Shown one piece after another: positions 50,529 through 63,503 of a stretch of DNA of 64,000 nt; position 1 is the stretch's first letter; each line of letters starts with the position of its first letter. The position numbers and the translations under genes were made by a program. The notes below the pieces were generated by a model. It was given only the letters and a program-made list of their open reading frames with translations, did no database searches and was not told the origin of the DNA. The DNA comes from Tubiluchus corallicola (lineage: Eukaryota; Animalia; Priapulida), in assembly GCA_030141605.1 (NCBI GenBank), contig JAQGDQ010000926.1, forward strand, positions 1-64,000, in the 5' to 3' direction.

Positions 50529-50684
50529 GTAAGCCGTTGGTGGCATTTGTCTGTAAATTCTGAAATGTTGCATTTGTTTTTTGTTTCTGGTTAATATTAC
50601 AAACCCGGTATTCGTGCTTGGAAACAATTTCTGTGAGAATTTATGACATTAGCATCATAAATAAGAAAAAAACTTCATTTAACC

Positions 50685-51174
50685 CAGGGGTGTGCAAATT
50701 ATCTGACTAGCCCCGGGCCACATTAAACTTTCCCACAATTCCTGCGGGCCACAGGCAGTTTGATCAAGGAGCCAAGTACAGCAGGATCTAGTAACGATTT
50801 TTTGCATCCGACCTGCGTACATCATTACTACTACACTCAATAAACTATTTTAGAAGTTATTAAAATTTATATTACAAACCATATATTTCTACTTTCAGGA
50901 CAAATAGTGGTCATTTCATTACAATGCATATTAGTAATGTGTATCACACAGTCTGTATAGTACAGTGACATTAAGCTACAACCGTCTTGTAAGGGTTAAT
51001 GGCATCCGATCTAGTAGAAAAAACTACCCGCACTATCTTTGGGATCGTGGCACGGACTTCAGCTGGACACACTTAATTAATCGCCCGGGCCGTACTTTCA
51101 TTAGGTTGACAAATCTCTTCGCGGGCCGCACAAAATCGCAAAGTAGCCCGCGGGCTGCAATTTGCACACCCCTG
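50685..51174 (-). mobile_element. hAT-like MITE, family B copy 2 (complete)
   Basis: 16-bp TIR CAGGGGTGTGCAAATT; perfect 8-bp TSD ATTTAACC. Confidence 0.93.
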
Positions 51175-51716
51175 ATTTAACCATTAATGTATAACTGTGT
51201 ATGAAAAAATGTGAACTTAACCTGATAAGTTGGCTACATACTAGGTAGTTACTGCCGATTCAAGCAAAATGGAATAGTGTTAATTGTACATTTACATTTA
51301 CACATTTACAATTGTGATTGATTGCGATTCAGTTTTAAATTTTTGACTCATTATCGTGATGCAGTTACAAAAAACAGAAATGCTGCCATGCTACCTGGGT
51401 GTACTTAACCAAAATTGTTCATTAAACAAAAGTAATAGTTCCTATAAAACAAGTGCAAAGTTCTAAGGAGTATAAGTCTTCGTCTCCAATTAAATGTTCT
51501 CCAAAAATTTCTAGTTGGCAATTTAGTACAGCCATTTTTTCTATATACTTAGGTGATCATTTTTGGTATGTACATTTAGCTAGGTAATAACTTACGTTAT
51601 GCATTACGGTATTACAGCTTAGATGTTGTTATGCAATCATATACTCTTATGTGTAGCTTGTACATCAAGGACTAACCTTCGGTTTTAAAATTGTAATAAT
51701 AAACTTTATTGATATG

Positions 51717-51732
51717 ATACCTTGATATGATA

Positions 51733-51768
<36 letters not shown>

Positions 51769-51784
51769 TATCATATCAAGGTAT
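51717..51784. repeat. (TA)n-centred palindrome
   Basis: ATACCTTGATATGATAAACAA-(TA)n-TTGTTTATCATATCAAGGTAT. Confidence 0.9.
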
Positions 51785-52473
51785 TATATTAATTAATATA
51801 TATTGAGCATAAATTAGCCCCTAATTTGATTTTTCAAATAAGTGAGTTAAATATTTCGTTGAACATCAAAATTTTAACAACATCTGCTCATAATTGAAGC
51901 TATAATGCTTAAATTATGCTGAAAGTGCTATAATCTCATACTAACCTGCACAGTTTCAAAGCACACTATCTATCTTTTTATACACGCAGGTTAAAGTTTA
52001 AGCAAAATTCACCCATAAAAATACAGTTTAGCAAAGCTAGTTATGTATATAGTTAGTTAAAATTAGAAATTTGTAGTTATCCAACGATTGTGAATTTTAA
52101 TAACAATACACTTGTATATCATTATTGAGCAAACTACTAAGTAAAATTTAAAAAAAAAGACAAGAAAAAATATTACACTTACATAATATAAATTACAGTA
52201 TCTAATAATATATCCAAATTTCTAAAAACATACCAGATGTATTTTATTTAGACAAAAGTAAAAGTAATCGTCTTAAAAATGCCGCACACATAACATTTAC
52301 TGCATGCGAAATAAAAGCAGGCAGTGAGTTTTGACAGTAAAACTTTCCTTCATTTGTGTCATTGTGTTAATAGAGCTCAGTAAACATGTTCAGTTTGAAT
52401 GCTTTCAGTACCTGATGAAGTGTATGTGATTTGTTGCATTATAGTGTGTTTATTTACTTTATAGGTTTTACAT

Positions 52474-52700
52474 GTCAAATGTAGACCTGCGTTAACTCAA
52501 ATGTAGATTTAGGCAATTCAAATGTGTCTTGGTAACTCAAATGCAGACTTTGGTAGTTCAAATGTGTTAACAATGGTTTTCAAGAAATCTTAAGCGTTTT
52601 TGGTAAGTCAAATGTAGACACACGTCAAGTCAAATGTCCTAGGTCTACATTTGACTTACCTAAGTCACATTTGAACTTTCCTGTGTCTATATTTGACTTG
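52474..52700. repeat. Foldback cluster of TCAAATGT motifs followed by inverted ACATTTGA motifs
   Basis: About 7 direct copies, mostly at ~20-bp spacing, then 3 inverted copies. Confidence 0.65.
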
Positions 52701-52755
52701 TAAAACATATATTATCTTTGAAAAGTATTATGGCATTTATTATTCTTGTTTGCAG

Positions 52756-52872
52756 ACCCGCAAAGGTGCCGGTAGACGTCGCTACGACAACAATTACCAC
52801 TCCGACGATGAGAGCGAGACGTCAAGCATCTGTTCTGAGCGATCGTTCGGTTCCTACACCCGAGGTTCTGAT
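52756..52872 (+). CDS. CLASP: CLASP exon (TRKGAGRRRYDNNYHSDDESETSSICSERSFGSYTRGSD)
   Basis: TTGCAG|...|GTAAGT, phase 0-0; conserved RRRY...SDD...SS.CSERS motif. Confidence 0.96.
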
Positions 52873-54183
52873 GTAAGTATACTTCTATGAATTTTTAAAA
52901 TGTGTGGTTTCCCCGTTTAGTGTACCGTAATTTCTGACCCATATTCTCCAAGTGCAGTTATCATGTTAACGTGGCGATGGGTTTTATTTTTCTATTCTTA
53001 ATTTTTTTCATCTCTTAATAAATGCACGTACCTAAAACTACAACTCCGCGTGAGCGTGATGCATAATGCGTAATCTGTGATCCATAATGCATGATGTGTA
53101 TTGACCGTTTCCATCTGTCTGTAAACGCTAAGCGTATTAACAAAGCTCACGGCGCTCTTTCCGCCATTTTTGATTTCGTGAAAATTGCAAGCGGTAAACT
53201 TTGGAAAACATGTCTCTGTCGAAACTTAAGCGTGATAATTACAGCTTAGCTTATTATTGTTCTATTAGACGAAAAAGTTCCAAAGAAGCACATGTTTGGG
53301 GTGTACAACATTTTGCAGGGGGTGGGGGCACAATGTGACATGTATGATCGTTTAGTGAAAGAACTTCACTTAGATGCACAACACGTAACTACATGCTTCT
53401 TCCACCTTTCAAAAACTCAAATAGAAATATTATTGTTTGTAGGTCCTAAAGTGACCAAAACTCACCTAACTAGAATTTTGAGAAAGCTATATAGCGGAAA
53501 TAGTCACCGGAAACTTGAAAACTATCTAAAATCACCTAGGCAACGGCGGTTTCCCTTTTGCGCATTGCTGCGTGATGCGTATTTGGACAATAGCAATCAC
53601 GTTTGAATGAATACGGATTACGTACACATGGGAGTCGTACCCTAACTCTTTTCACAGCTAAATATCCTTATATGAATGTCGCATTTTCTAAGAATTTTAT
53701 TTCCCAAAAGTTCTACACATTTCTTTCCCTGTTTAAAATATTTACCATTATGTTTTCATGCAAAACAGAAAGCTGACAGAGGAGAGAAAGTGAGCAAGGT
53801 AAAGGTTTCATGACTAGTTTTTGCTTATGGTTGTCTCTAAACACTCATTTTATTTTGCAACATGAGAACCGTCAGGGATTGTGGCTATGTATGTGTCGTT
53901 GTAAAAGGGTTGGTTTGTGACCTATGGTTTGTACAGCACATTTCTGCAAACCATTGCGCAAAGTTCCAAGAAAACATCGCACACTTTTCACGTAATTTTA
54001 TTAACTGAGTATGAATATCTATAGCTTAAATTAGTAACTACATACGACTGCAAGAAGTGCTTTTAAAAAACTTGCACCATTTTGCAATTCAAATGCAACC
54101 CAAAAAAATCGCTCGGTTGTCATAGCAACAGCAACTTTACCAATGCCCAGTCTGCATTGTGTTCTTACTTGTTGAAGCTACAA

Positions 54184-56222
54184 GACAACGCATGCACGAG
54201 GTTGCATGCTACAAATACCTTAGCAACCACTGCTACAGCTAGCTGTGGCTTGACAACGCATGCACGGGGTTGCATGCTACAAATACCTTAGCAACCACTG
54301 TTACAGCTAGCTGTGACTTGACAACGCATGCACGGGGTTGCATGCTACAAATACCTTAGCAACCACTGCTACAGCTAGCTGTGGCAAGACAACGCATGCA
54401 TGGGTTGCATGCTACAAATACCTTAGCAACCACTGTTACAGCTAGCTGTGGCTTGACAATGCATGCACGGGGTTGCATGCTACAAATACCTTAGCAACCA
54501 TTGTTACAGCTAGCTGTGGCTTGACAACGCATGCACGGGGCTGCATGATACAAATACCTTAGCAACCACTGTTACAGCTAGCTGTGGCAAGACAATGCAT
54601 GCACGGGGCTGCATGATACAAATACCTTAGCAACCACCGTTACAGCTATCTGTGGCAAGACAACGCATGCACGGGGCTGCATGATACAAATACCTTAGCA
54701 ACCACTGTTACAGCTAGCTGTGGCAAGACAACGCATGCACGGGGTTGCATGCTACAAATACCTTAGCAACCACTGTTACAGCTAGCTGTGGCAAGACAAC
54801 GCATGCACGGGGTTGCATGCTACAAATACCTTAGCAACCACTGTTACAGCTAGCTGTGGCAAGACAACGCATGCACGAGGCTGCATATTACAAATACCTT
54901 AGCAACCACTGTTACAGCTAGCTGTGACAAGACTACGCATGCACGGGGTTGCATGCTACAAATACCTTAGCAACCACTGTTACAGCTAGCTGTGACAAGA
55001 CTACGCATGCACGGGGTTGCATGCTACAAATACCTTAGCAACCACTGTTACAGCTAGCTGTGGCTTGACAACGCATGCACGGGGTTGCATGCTACAAATA
55101 CCTTAGCAACCACTGTTACAGCTAGCTGTGGCTTGACAACGCATGCACGGGCTTGCATGCTACAAATACCTTAGCAACCACTGCTACAGCTAGCTGTGAC
55201 AAGACTACACATGCACGGGGTTGCATGCTACAAATACCTTAGCAACCACTGTTACAGCTAGCTGTGGCTTGACAACGCATGCACGGGGTTGCATATTACA
55301 AATACCTTAGCAACTACTGTTACAGCTACCTGTGGCTTGACAATGCATGCACGGGGTTGCATGCTACAAATACCTTAGCAACCACTGTTACAGCTACCTG
55401 TGGCTTGACAATGCATGCACGGGGCTGCATGATACAAATACCTTAGCAACCACTGTTATAGCTAGCTGTGGCTTGACAACGCATGCACGGGGCTGCATAT
55501 TACAAATACCTTAGCAACCGCTGTTACAGCTACCTGTGGCTTGACAACGCATGCACGGGGTTGCATATTACAAATACCTTAGCAACCACTGTTACAGCTA
55601 CCTGTGGCTTGACAACGCATGCACGGGGTTGCATATTACAAATACCTTAGCAACCACTGTTACAGCTAGCTGTGGCGAGACAACGCATGCACGGGGTTGC
55701 ATGCTACAAATACCTTAGCAACCGCCGTTACAGCTAGCTGTGGCGAGACAACGCATGCACGGGGTTGCATGCTACAAATACCTTAGCAACCACCGTTACA
55801 GCTAGCTGTGGCGAGACAACGCATGCACGGGGTTGCATGCTACAAATACCTTAGCAACCACTGTTACAGCTAGCTGTGGCGAGACAACACATGCACAGGG
55901 TTGCATGCTACAAATACCTTAGCAACCACTGTTACAGCTAGCTGTGACAAGACAACACATGCACAGGGTTGCATGCTACAAATACCTTAGCAACCACTGT
56001 TACAGCTAGCTGTGGCAAGACAACGCATGCACGGGGCTGCATGCTACAAATACCTTAGCAACCACTGTTACAGCTAGCTGTGGCAAGACAACGCATGCAC
56101 GGGGTTGCATGCTACAAATACCTTAGCAACCACTGTTACAGCTAGCTGTGGCTTGACAACGCATGCACGGGGTTGCATGATACAAATACCTTAGCAACCA
56201 CTGTTACAGCTACCTGTGGCTT
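54184..56222. repeat. Minisatellite, 68-bp unit, about 30 copies
   Basis: Unit GACAACGCATGCACGGGGTTGCATGCTACAAATACCTTAGCAACCACTGTTACAGCTAGCTGTGGC(TT/AA). Confidence 0.98.
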
Positions 56223-56684
56223 ATTGCTGCATGAAATTCTATACAATTTTTTTTCACAAATATCATTACCGCACAAAATGTGCGTGTTCAACACTGTGGT
56301 TGATATTGGCCTGTTTTGTTCAAGTAATCAAACTATTTGAGGTAAAATCTGCTGATATCTCTTGAAAAATGCTTCATTTACTGCGCAAAACAGCATAAAA
56401 CACTTAATAAATTTACTCAAAATGTATAATTTTATTTTTCTGGATAATTTTGTACTTTTTTTTATAATTTTAATGCGAACTGTATGAATTGAATGAAACT
56501 CGCAATTGCACTATTTGCAGTCACATGTGATACTAATAACGTAACCTATGTTAACATTCAATATTTAAATTATGCTGTTTATTTTTTACTTTTCCATATT
56601 TGTTATTTGTGAAGTAATAACACTAATACAGATTTGACAAACTTATTTATATATCAACCATTAGGAAATCTGACATTGTTTCAG

Positions 56685-56738
56685 ATTCCTCATTCTAACA
56701 AAAAGACCTCACCTAGGGATAAATTAGTACAGAAAAAG
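56685..56738 (+). CDS. CLASP: Candidate CLASP cassette exon (IPHSNKKTSPRDKLVQKK), 54 nt; alternative donor at 56744
   Basis: CTGAC branch-like motif and TTTCAG acceptor; donors AAG|GTACAG or CAG|GTGTGT; phase 0-0 matches the neighbours. Confidence 0.4.
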
Positions 56739-57050
56739 GTACAGGTGTGTTCAGGTGTTCTTGGGTTCATGGGTTCAACACTGAATGGCGGTGCTGTTTG
56801 TTTTGTTCACTTGTTTGTGTGTTTTTTATCTGGGTGATGGGCATGTGGTTGCACTGGGTTGTTGTGTCACTTGTTTTTGAAGTGCATTGCATGGTAAGAA
56901 AACTGTGTTGACTTGAAAAGAAATGTGCAAAGGTTTCCGTGGTGGCATAGTTGCACATTCATTAGTTGTGCATTCTTTATTGTCTTGCGTTAAATCAAAG
57001 TTCGGAGAACAAAATTACTTGTCTTCGTGCTGTGCTGTTAAGCGGCATTA

Positions 57051-57439
57051 TGGCTCATTCACACTAGCGAGTTTTCTTGCCAAGTAACTCACAAGCGTGT
57101 TCAGACTAGAGAGCAAAACTTGATGTGAGTTACTCTCTGACAGTAAGCACGAGCTGACACTCACTTCTCTATTTACTGTAAGTAACTCACAAGCGTGTTT
57201 AGACTAGAGAGCAAAACTTAATGTGGGTTACTCTCCGACAATAAGCACAAGCTGACACTCACTTCTCTAATCAGTGCAAGAATTGTTGAGGATAAATCGC
57301 CGAGGCTTTCATACTAGACAGTAAATCAACTCACAGTAACTGTTAGTAAGTTGCAATTTCTTACGGACAGTAACTCACAAAGCAGTTCACACTTGCGAGT
57401 TTGTTGTCAGAGAGAAAACTCGCTAGTATGAATGTGCCA
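57051..57439 (+). mobile_element. PIF/Harbinger-like MITE
   Basis: TTA|TGGCTCATTCACACTAGCGAGTTTTCT ... AGAAAACTCGCTAGTATGAATGTGCCA|TTA (27-bp TIR with 2 mismatches, 3-bp TTA TSD); internal ~100-bp duplication. Confidence 0.88.
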
Positions 57440-57689
57440 TTAGTGTTGTTTGCCGAATTTGTTAGTATTTCTGATTTGTATTACTTGGGTGACAGGCATT
57501 GGAATATAGTTATAGTTTCACGACTCGTAATTAAGTCATCTTGTTCACGATATTAGCGTCCAGTTTTCTGACTAGCCACCTTGGAAGTTTCAGAACTTTT
57601 AAATGAGCCTGCTTAAATATTGAAAAGAATGCATTGAAATGTTTAAAAAACAGTGCAATATGTGTACATCATATCATTGTGTCTTACAG

Positions 57690-57793
57690 GATATTAGTGA
57701 AATTGTACACTCATGTGCTAGCTCCAACTGGTCTGAGCGGAAAGAGGGTTTAATAGCCATACAGAACCTATGTCGGTTGCCTAAACCGCTTAA
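57690..57793 (+). CDS. CLASP: CLASP exon, TOG3 start (DISEIVHSCASSNWSERKEGL...)
   Basis: TTACAG|...|GTAAGT, phase 0-2; CASSNWSERKEGL is the CLASP TOG3 signature. Confidence 0.97.
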
Positions 57794-58120
57794 GTAAGTG
57801 AATTGAACACTTATGTCACCGTAAGTGTAGTTTACGTCGTTAGTAATAAATTACAAAGTTTTCTAAATTTCTTTAGAACTAGATTGAGAAGACCTACTAC
57901 TACTTATGCATTATGTTGTGTGCGGTTGATGTTCCAAGATTATGTTATGTATACAATCTTTCTTACTCGTCGTATAACTATGTCAGGCAAACAACCAAAT
58001 CATAAAGTTGCTATTACATTAATTAAGCAGACGTTGTTAAGTGAGAGCAAGATGAGTTAATATGACACACAACTCATTTCTGTTGCAAATATATCATTTT
58101 TGTTCCTAATCAGTTTAATC

Positions 58121-58672
58121 CAGGGATGAGAATTTTCTGCCTATATGTGGAATTCCGAGTTTTTGGAAGACCAGTAGTGCCATTTTTGTAAATCGCGTCA
58201 ATTCATTGAGAAAATTTTTACGGACCCAGTACATTATTTCACAAGCTGACCGCTAGTTGGCAGGCCGTCACTTTGTTTACATCGCGTACATCAGTGTAAC
58301 CACGTGTATATCTCTATGTATAAAAATATAGAATCAATTGTGCGGAGTTATTTGAGTGAATTGCAGACAGTTTTTATATAATTTTGCATAGGAGTGGCCA
58401 GTACTTAGGCATTTTTGAGACATCTTTAGGTATCATGTATCCTTGATAGTTGGGTATTTTAAATTATGCATGAAACAAGGTAATTGATATTTTAAGTCCA
58501 CTTAGAGGCTCTCTATGGTCACAAAATTGCAATTTGTTGCTGGCTCCTAGGGGGCTCGCCCCTTTGAACCCCATGATGGCTTTGCCCATCATCCCCATTG
58601 GGGGCCCCCTAGGCGGCCCCAAAACTTCCGGTCTGTTTCTGAGTTTTTTGCAATTTGTCATTCTCATCCCTG
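58121..58672 (+). mobile_element. hAT-like MITE, family C copy 3 (longest)
   Basis: TIR CAGGGATGAGAAT / ATTCTCATCCCTG; TSD GTTTAATC/CTTGAATC. Confidence 0.9.
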
Positions 58673-58735
58673 CTTGAATCATGACGTGCGAAGTGATAAA
58701 TTAAGTATACTTTGATTTGTTGTTATTATTTCTAG

Positions 58736-58799
58736 CCGAACTGAAGTAAAACGAATTACGGAAATTTGTACAAGAATGTTCATGGACCCACACAGCAAG
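58736..58799 (+). CDS. CLASP: CLASP exon, TOG3 (RTEVKRITEICTRMFMDPHSK)
   Basis: TTCTAG|...|GTAAGA, phase 2-0; matches ELKRLCEIFTRMFADPHSK. Confidence 0.97.
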
Positions 58800-59088
58800 G
58801 TAAGATCAGTATCATGTAACACTCAAGATGGTGTTGTTGACGGCGGTCTGTTCCGCATGACGTTGCATTTGTTACAAGGGTCATCTGATGAGGATAACAT
58901 TTTTCTCTATGATCTTAACGTCAAATGTTTGAACACAAGCATGCTCAGTGCAAATTTGTGGTTTATGTGAAGCAAAAGTGTCAAAATTAACTGACCCATT
59001 CAAGAGCTGAGACTTGCGACTTAGTAAGCCTGATGTTTTACGATAAGATGAAATTTATCATATAAAATAAGTGTTTTAAATTTGTGTA

Positions 59089-59899
59089 CAGTCTAGCCTC
59101 GTTATCTCGCCCCTCGTTATGCCGCCAAACTCGTCTCTCGCCATAGAAAGTACCAGGACGGATTTCCTGCTTTGATATTTACCTCGTTAAGTCGCCACCC
59201 TCGCTTCTCGCCCTCGCCACGTCATGCTAGGATGAGTGCTTATGTAAACTATATTCGTTATGTCGCCAAACTCGTCTCTCGCCATAGAAAGTACCAGGAC
59301 GGATTTCCTGCTTTGATATTTACCTCGTTAAGTCGCCACCCTCGCTTCTCGCCCTTGCCACGTCATGCTAGGATGAGTGCTTATGTAAACTATATTCGTT
59401 ATGTCGCCAAACAGACAAACTCAGAGGTGAATCGATCAATACATATACACTGATGCGATTCTTTGAACAGTCTGACAGAGTCACAAGTGACGATATTCAA
59501 GGATTGTGTTTGATTAAACATCGTGTTGACTGCTTGCGTGTATCATCAATGAAACAGTCGTCTCTTCTGAATTATTTCAGTCGTCAATAACTCATTTGTG
59601 AACATTTCTAAATGTTTTACTAAGTTTATTGCATTTAAGTGTATACTCGAAAAAGGCTTTTAAATAAAAAAGTAACATTCTAAGATTATTTTTATGACAT
59701 TTTTTCATTTCTGATTTAATGTTGATTGGTATCATAATGCGAAATATATTTTATATGTACATAGAGGAACACTATGTTAATCAACTATTATGTATATACA
59801 TATAGACTAACTTCGTTATATTCCCGTTATCTTGCCATACTCGCCTCTCGCCAAAAATTTGCCCTAGACGGACAGTGGCGAGATAACGAGGTTAGACTG
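59089..59899. mobile_element. pogo/Tigger-like non-autonomous element with a 141-bp internal tandem duplication
   Basis: TA|CAGTCTAGCCTCGTTATCTCGCC ... GGCGAGATAACGAGGTTAGACTG|TA; GCCAAAC recurs at 59124, 59265 and 59406. Confidence 0.88.
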
Positions 59900-60020
59900 T
59901 ATTAAAATTCAGCCAAACTTTTACTCCAGTTTTTGAAAGGAACATTTTTCGGGTCGGAAATCGTTTCCGTTGCTCCGTTCTTAAGAGCAAAATTATGTTA
60001 ATTATCCACACTTGTTACAG

Positions 60021-60184
60021 GTATTTAGCATGTTCTTGGACACGGTCACAGATTTTGTACAGGTGTACAAAAACGAGCTTCACGATTGGCTGTACATTCT
60101 GATGACGCGTCTGTTCATGAAGACAGGTGCCGAGATGCTGGGTTCGGTGCATTCCAAGTGTCAACGTTGTCTAGATGTAATAAA
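60021..60184 (+). CDS. CLASP: CLASP exon, TOG3 (VFSMFLDTVTDFVQVYKNELHDWLYILMTRL...LGSVHSK...)
   Basis: TTACAG|...|GTTAGT, phase 0-2; matches VFSMFLETLVDFI..HK.DL.DWL. Confidence 0.97.
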
Positions 60185-60321
60185 GTTAGTATCGTGCTGT
60201 TTTTGTTTGTTCAAGTTTCAATTAGAATTGAAAATACGAACACAGGTCCAGAAATCAGATTCTTTTTTATTAATTTGTCAGTGTGATTGATGTGTTGATG
60301 TTGAAACATTGTATGTCATAT

Positions 60322-60818
<497 letters not shown>

Positions 60819-62250
60819 TGTCATATAACTGCTTGAAACAAAGTTGTTATAAGCTTAAAAAGCCAAGAGATAAACCAGGATTCATGGACATTTAGTGATT
60901 ATTCATTGTATAATATAACAAATGGAAGCAAAACAAACCTGTGGTATTTAAATGTCGCTTAACAAAGATTCTAAGAACACCTTTAATCGAAGTGAAGGTC
61001 ACAGAGGTGCTTAAAGTTGAAGGTCAAACTTTTCACTTGCAAGAAATTATAGGGTTTATCACGAATCAGAGCCGATTAGGTAGACAATAAGATTTTGCTG
61101 TATATAAGTCAAAGGGTTAATGAGGCAGAGCAGATTGAGGTATTTTGTACAAGTGTGACTATGGCTTCTTTGCAAGACACGGTCTGTTTGTTAGACTAGA
61201 GCAGCAGCTGTTTGGTATTTTTAAACATGATAAAGACAGGTATGTTCTTAGCTCCTTTTATATAATGTAGTCTTTTGACCTAAATTAATAATTTGACCAT
61301 TATTGCAGTCTACACCTGTGAAAAATGCTCACTTTTTCAGAAGTTTGTGGGAGAGACATCGGCCTGGTTCTTAATTTGTTGATTAGAATTAAACAAATAC
61401 GTGGGAGTGTATATAGTCTAATTTGTTTTTATAGAAAAAGGTGCATAAAGCTTAAGTTTACGAGTTTTTAATTAAAATGGTTTACTGCTATTGAAATATA
61501 TAAGTTAGATTAATTCTTGACTTTTAATAAAAACCGCACGACTATTTGATTAAAAGAGTGGCCACCCAAAATATAATTTATTGCAACTTACATGATTTGG
61601 CGCATTTACATTATTACTTTCTATCACAGCAGGACAACCAATTATAGATAATTATTCACTTTATCGCATAGTTAGTACAATAAACACAGAGTACTAATGC
61701 TAGATATATAACGCGCAAATCAGCACATAACTATAAAAAAGTATTGAAAAGAGGAAAAAATAACCTAACGAATTAGGCGCATCGTATGACATTTGCTTGT
61801 AGGAATAGCAAGCGTCAAATGGTCGCCTGTACAAGGGTGACGAAGGAATTTATAACTTTAGAATGAAGCCCGTATAAATAATTCAAGGTTAACCTAATTG
61901 AACGACTCTAAGTAGATTTGCAAAGGTTGTAGGAACCGGAATAAACTAGTTTGCGATGCTGTAAATGAAAGGTCTAACAGCAGAGTAGAACTCAATCACG
62001 GGAATCCGTGACGACATCATCACTATTATTAATTTTTGCTTCATTGTCCTCTGTGAGAATGTTTTGTTCTGTGAAGTTTACTTGCATTGTTTCTATATTG
62101 CCAACAGTAGAACTTGTCAGTTTTGTAGTTTTTTAAGCTATAATGCTTTTTTGCTGCTAGAAATTGTGATTGCAATCATGTTTACGACAAACGTTTCTTA
62201 TTATCAGTAGGTGGTAATATAGTGATTAAAATTTTGTATTTTCATTACAG

Positions 62251-62329
62251 GGAGTCGTTTCCCTTTGATCAGCAGTTTCTTGTCATTATGAAGTTCATCA
62301 CCGATCAGACACAAACACCAAATCTCAAG
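62251..62329 (+). CDS. CLASP: CLASP exon, TOG3 (ESFPFDQQFLVIMKFITDQTQTPNLK)
   Basis: TTACAG|...|GTATAA, phase 2-0; matches SFPFDQQF.ILMRFIVDQTQTPNLK. Confidence 0.97.
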
Positions 62330-62555
62330 GTATAAAAATTGAAGCTTCTGCATTATTTGCACTTGCGTATAGACAGGTGTAGAGCGCGGGCTTCGCCATT
62401 AGACAGTTTGATGTACTTCTAACAGCTCTTCCCAGAATTCACTGCCATGCGCTTCAGACAGACGCGAGGTTCTTACGACGCGACTGTGATAATTAAATTG
62501 GAATAGGAAAAACATCGGAGACATTTTTTTCAGCGAATTTCAATTTGCAGTTTAA

Positions 62556-63005
62556 CCCTTTCATACCCGTTTGTATCCCGTGGGATACGAGAATATTTTC
62601 TGCCTTTAAAGTTAACAAAATTTTAAAACTGACAGTTATTTGATCTGTTAATAGTTATTTTGATTTAAGCCAATAACAATAGACTAAAAATGGTGATAAA
62701 ATGGCAAACTAGAAAATCTACACAGCATAAAAAACTGCGCAAGGTACAGTACTTTAGAGACGACTTTGTACAGATCAGCATAGCGAGCATACTAAATGTC
62801 TTAAATACTTTAAAAAATTATCAGCAGTTGCAAAATGAAGCACATTTTATGCTTCCATTGAATCCCAATGTATCCCATGGGATACAGGCTATATTTAGCA
62901 CGCGGGCACAGGTAGAAAAAAATAATTATGTGTAAACAAGATGGACATACTGAACAAAATACCAAGCCAAAAATTTTTTTCTTATTAAAAAACTAATTTG
63001 GGACT
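62556..63005 (+). mobile_element. piggyBac-like MITE, family A copy 3 (right TIR lost)
   Basis: TTAA|CCCTTTCA start; colinear with 24839-25297 up to ...TTTGGGACT. Confidence 0.88.
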
Positions 63006-63157
63006 AGTCAAGATTTTATCATGTACATTTGTTCGCATGAATTTTGTGATATGGATATTTCCTATTCATTTATATTTTCGTCAATAATTGGATAAACAAA
63101 TGCATCGAAGGGTAGCTTTAATTTATATATACGTACTACATTTATTTGCACATACAG

Positions 63158-63301
63158 GTAAAAGTAGGCGTATTGAACTACCTATTGAACATCTTGGATC
63201 GTATGCAGTCAGAAGAGTTCACGAATAGTAGCGACACACGACTAGCAGTGTCCCGTATTATCACTTGGACAACGGAACCCAAATCGAGCGAAGTCAGAAA
63301 A
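63158..63301 (+). CDS. CLASP: CLASP exon, TOG3 (VKVGVLNYL...TRLAVSRIITWTTEPKSSEVRK)
   Basis: TACAG|...|GTACGT, phase 0-0; TRLAVSRIITWTTEPKSS.VRK is strongly conserved in CLASPs. Confidence 0.98.
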
Positions 63302-63503
63302 GTACGTACTGCCTATTTGTTGTGCAATACTAAACTTTTATTAGTTTTTTTTAATTTTTTGTTATAAGAATAATTTTTTATTTACTGGCACTGATTTATG
63401 GAAGATGTTGACATTTTAGAACACTTTGCTTACTGTATAATGTAAAGTTTGTTCCGTAATTTTCTAGTTAGTTGTAGTAAGTAATTAGATTCTGTATTTT
63501 CAG

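Noticed and set aside
53292-53606. 104-aa ORF in a CLASP intron
   Set aside because: No recognisable motif and no CLASP similarity; it may be a decayed TE fragment, but I cannot support that.
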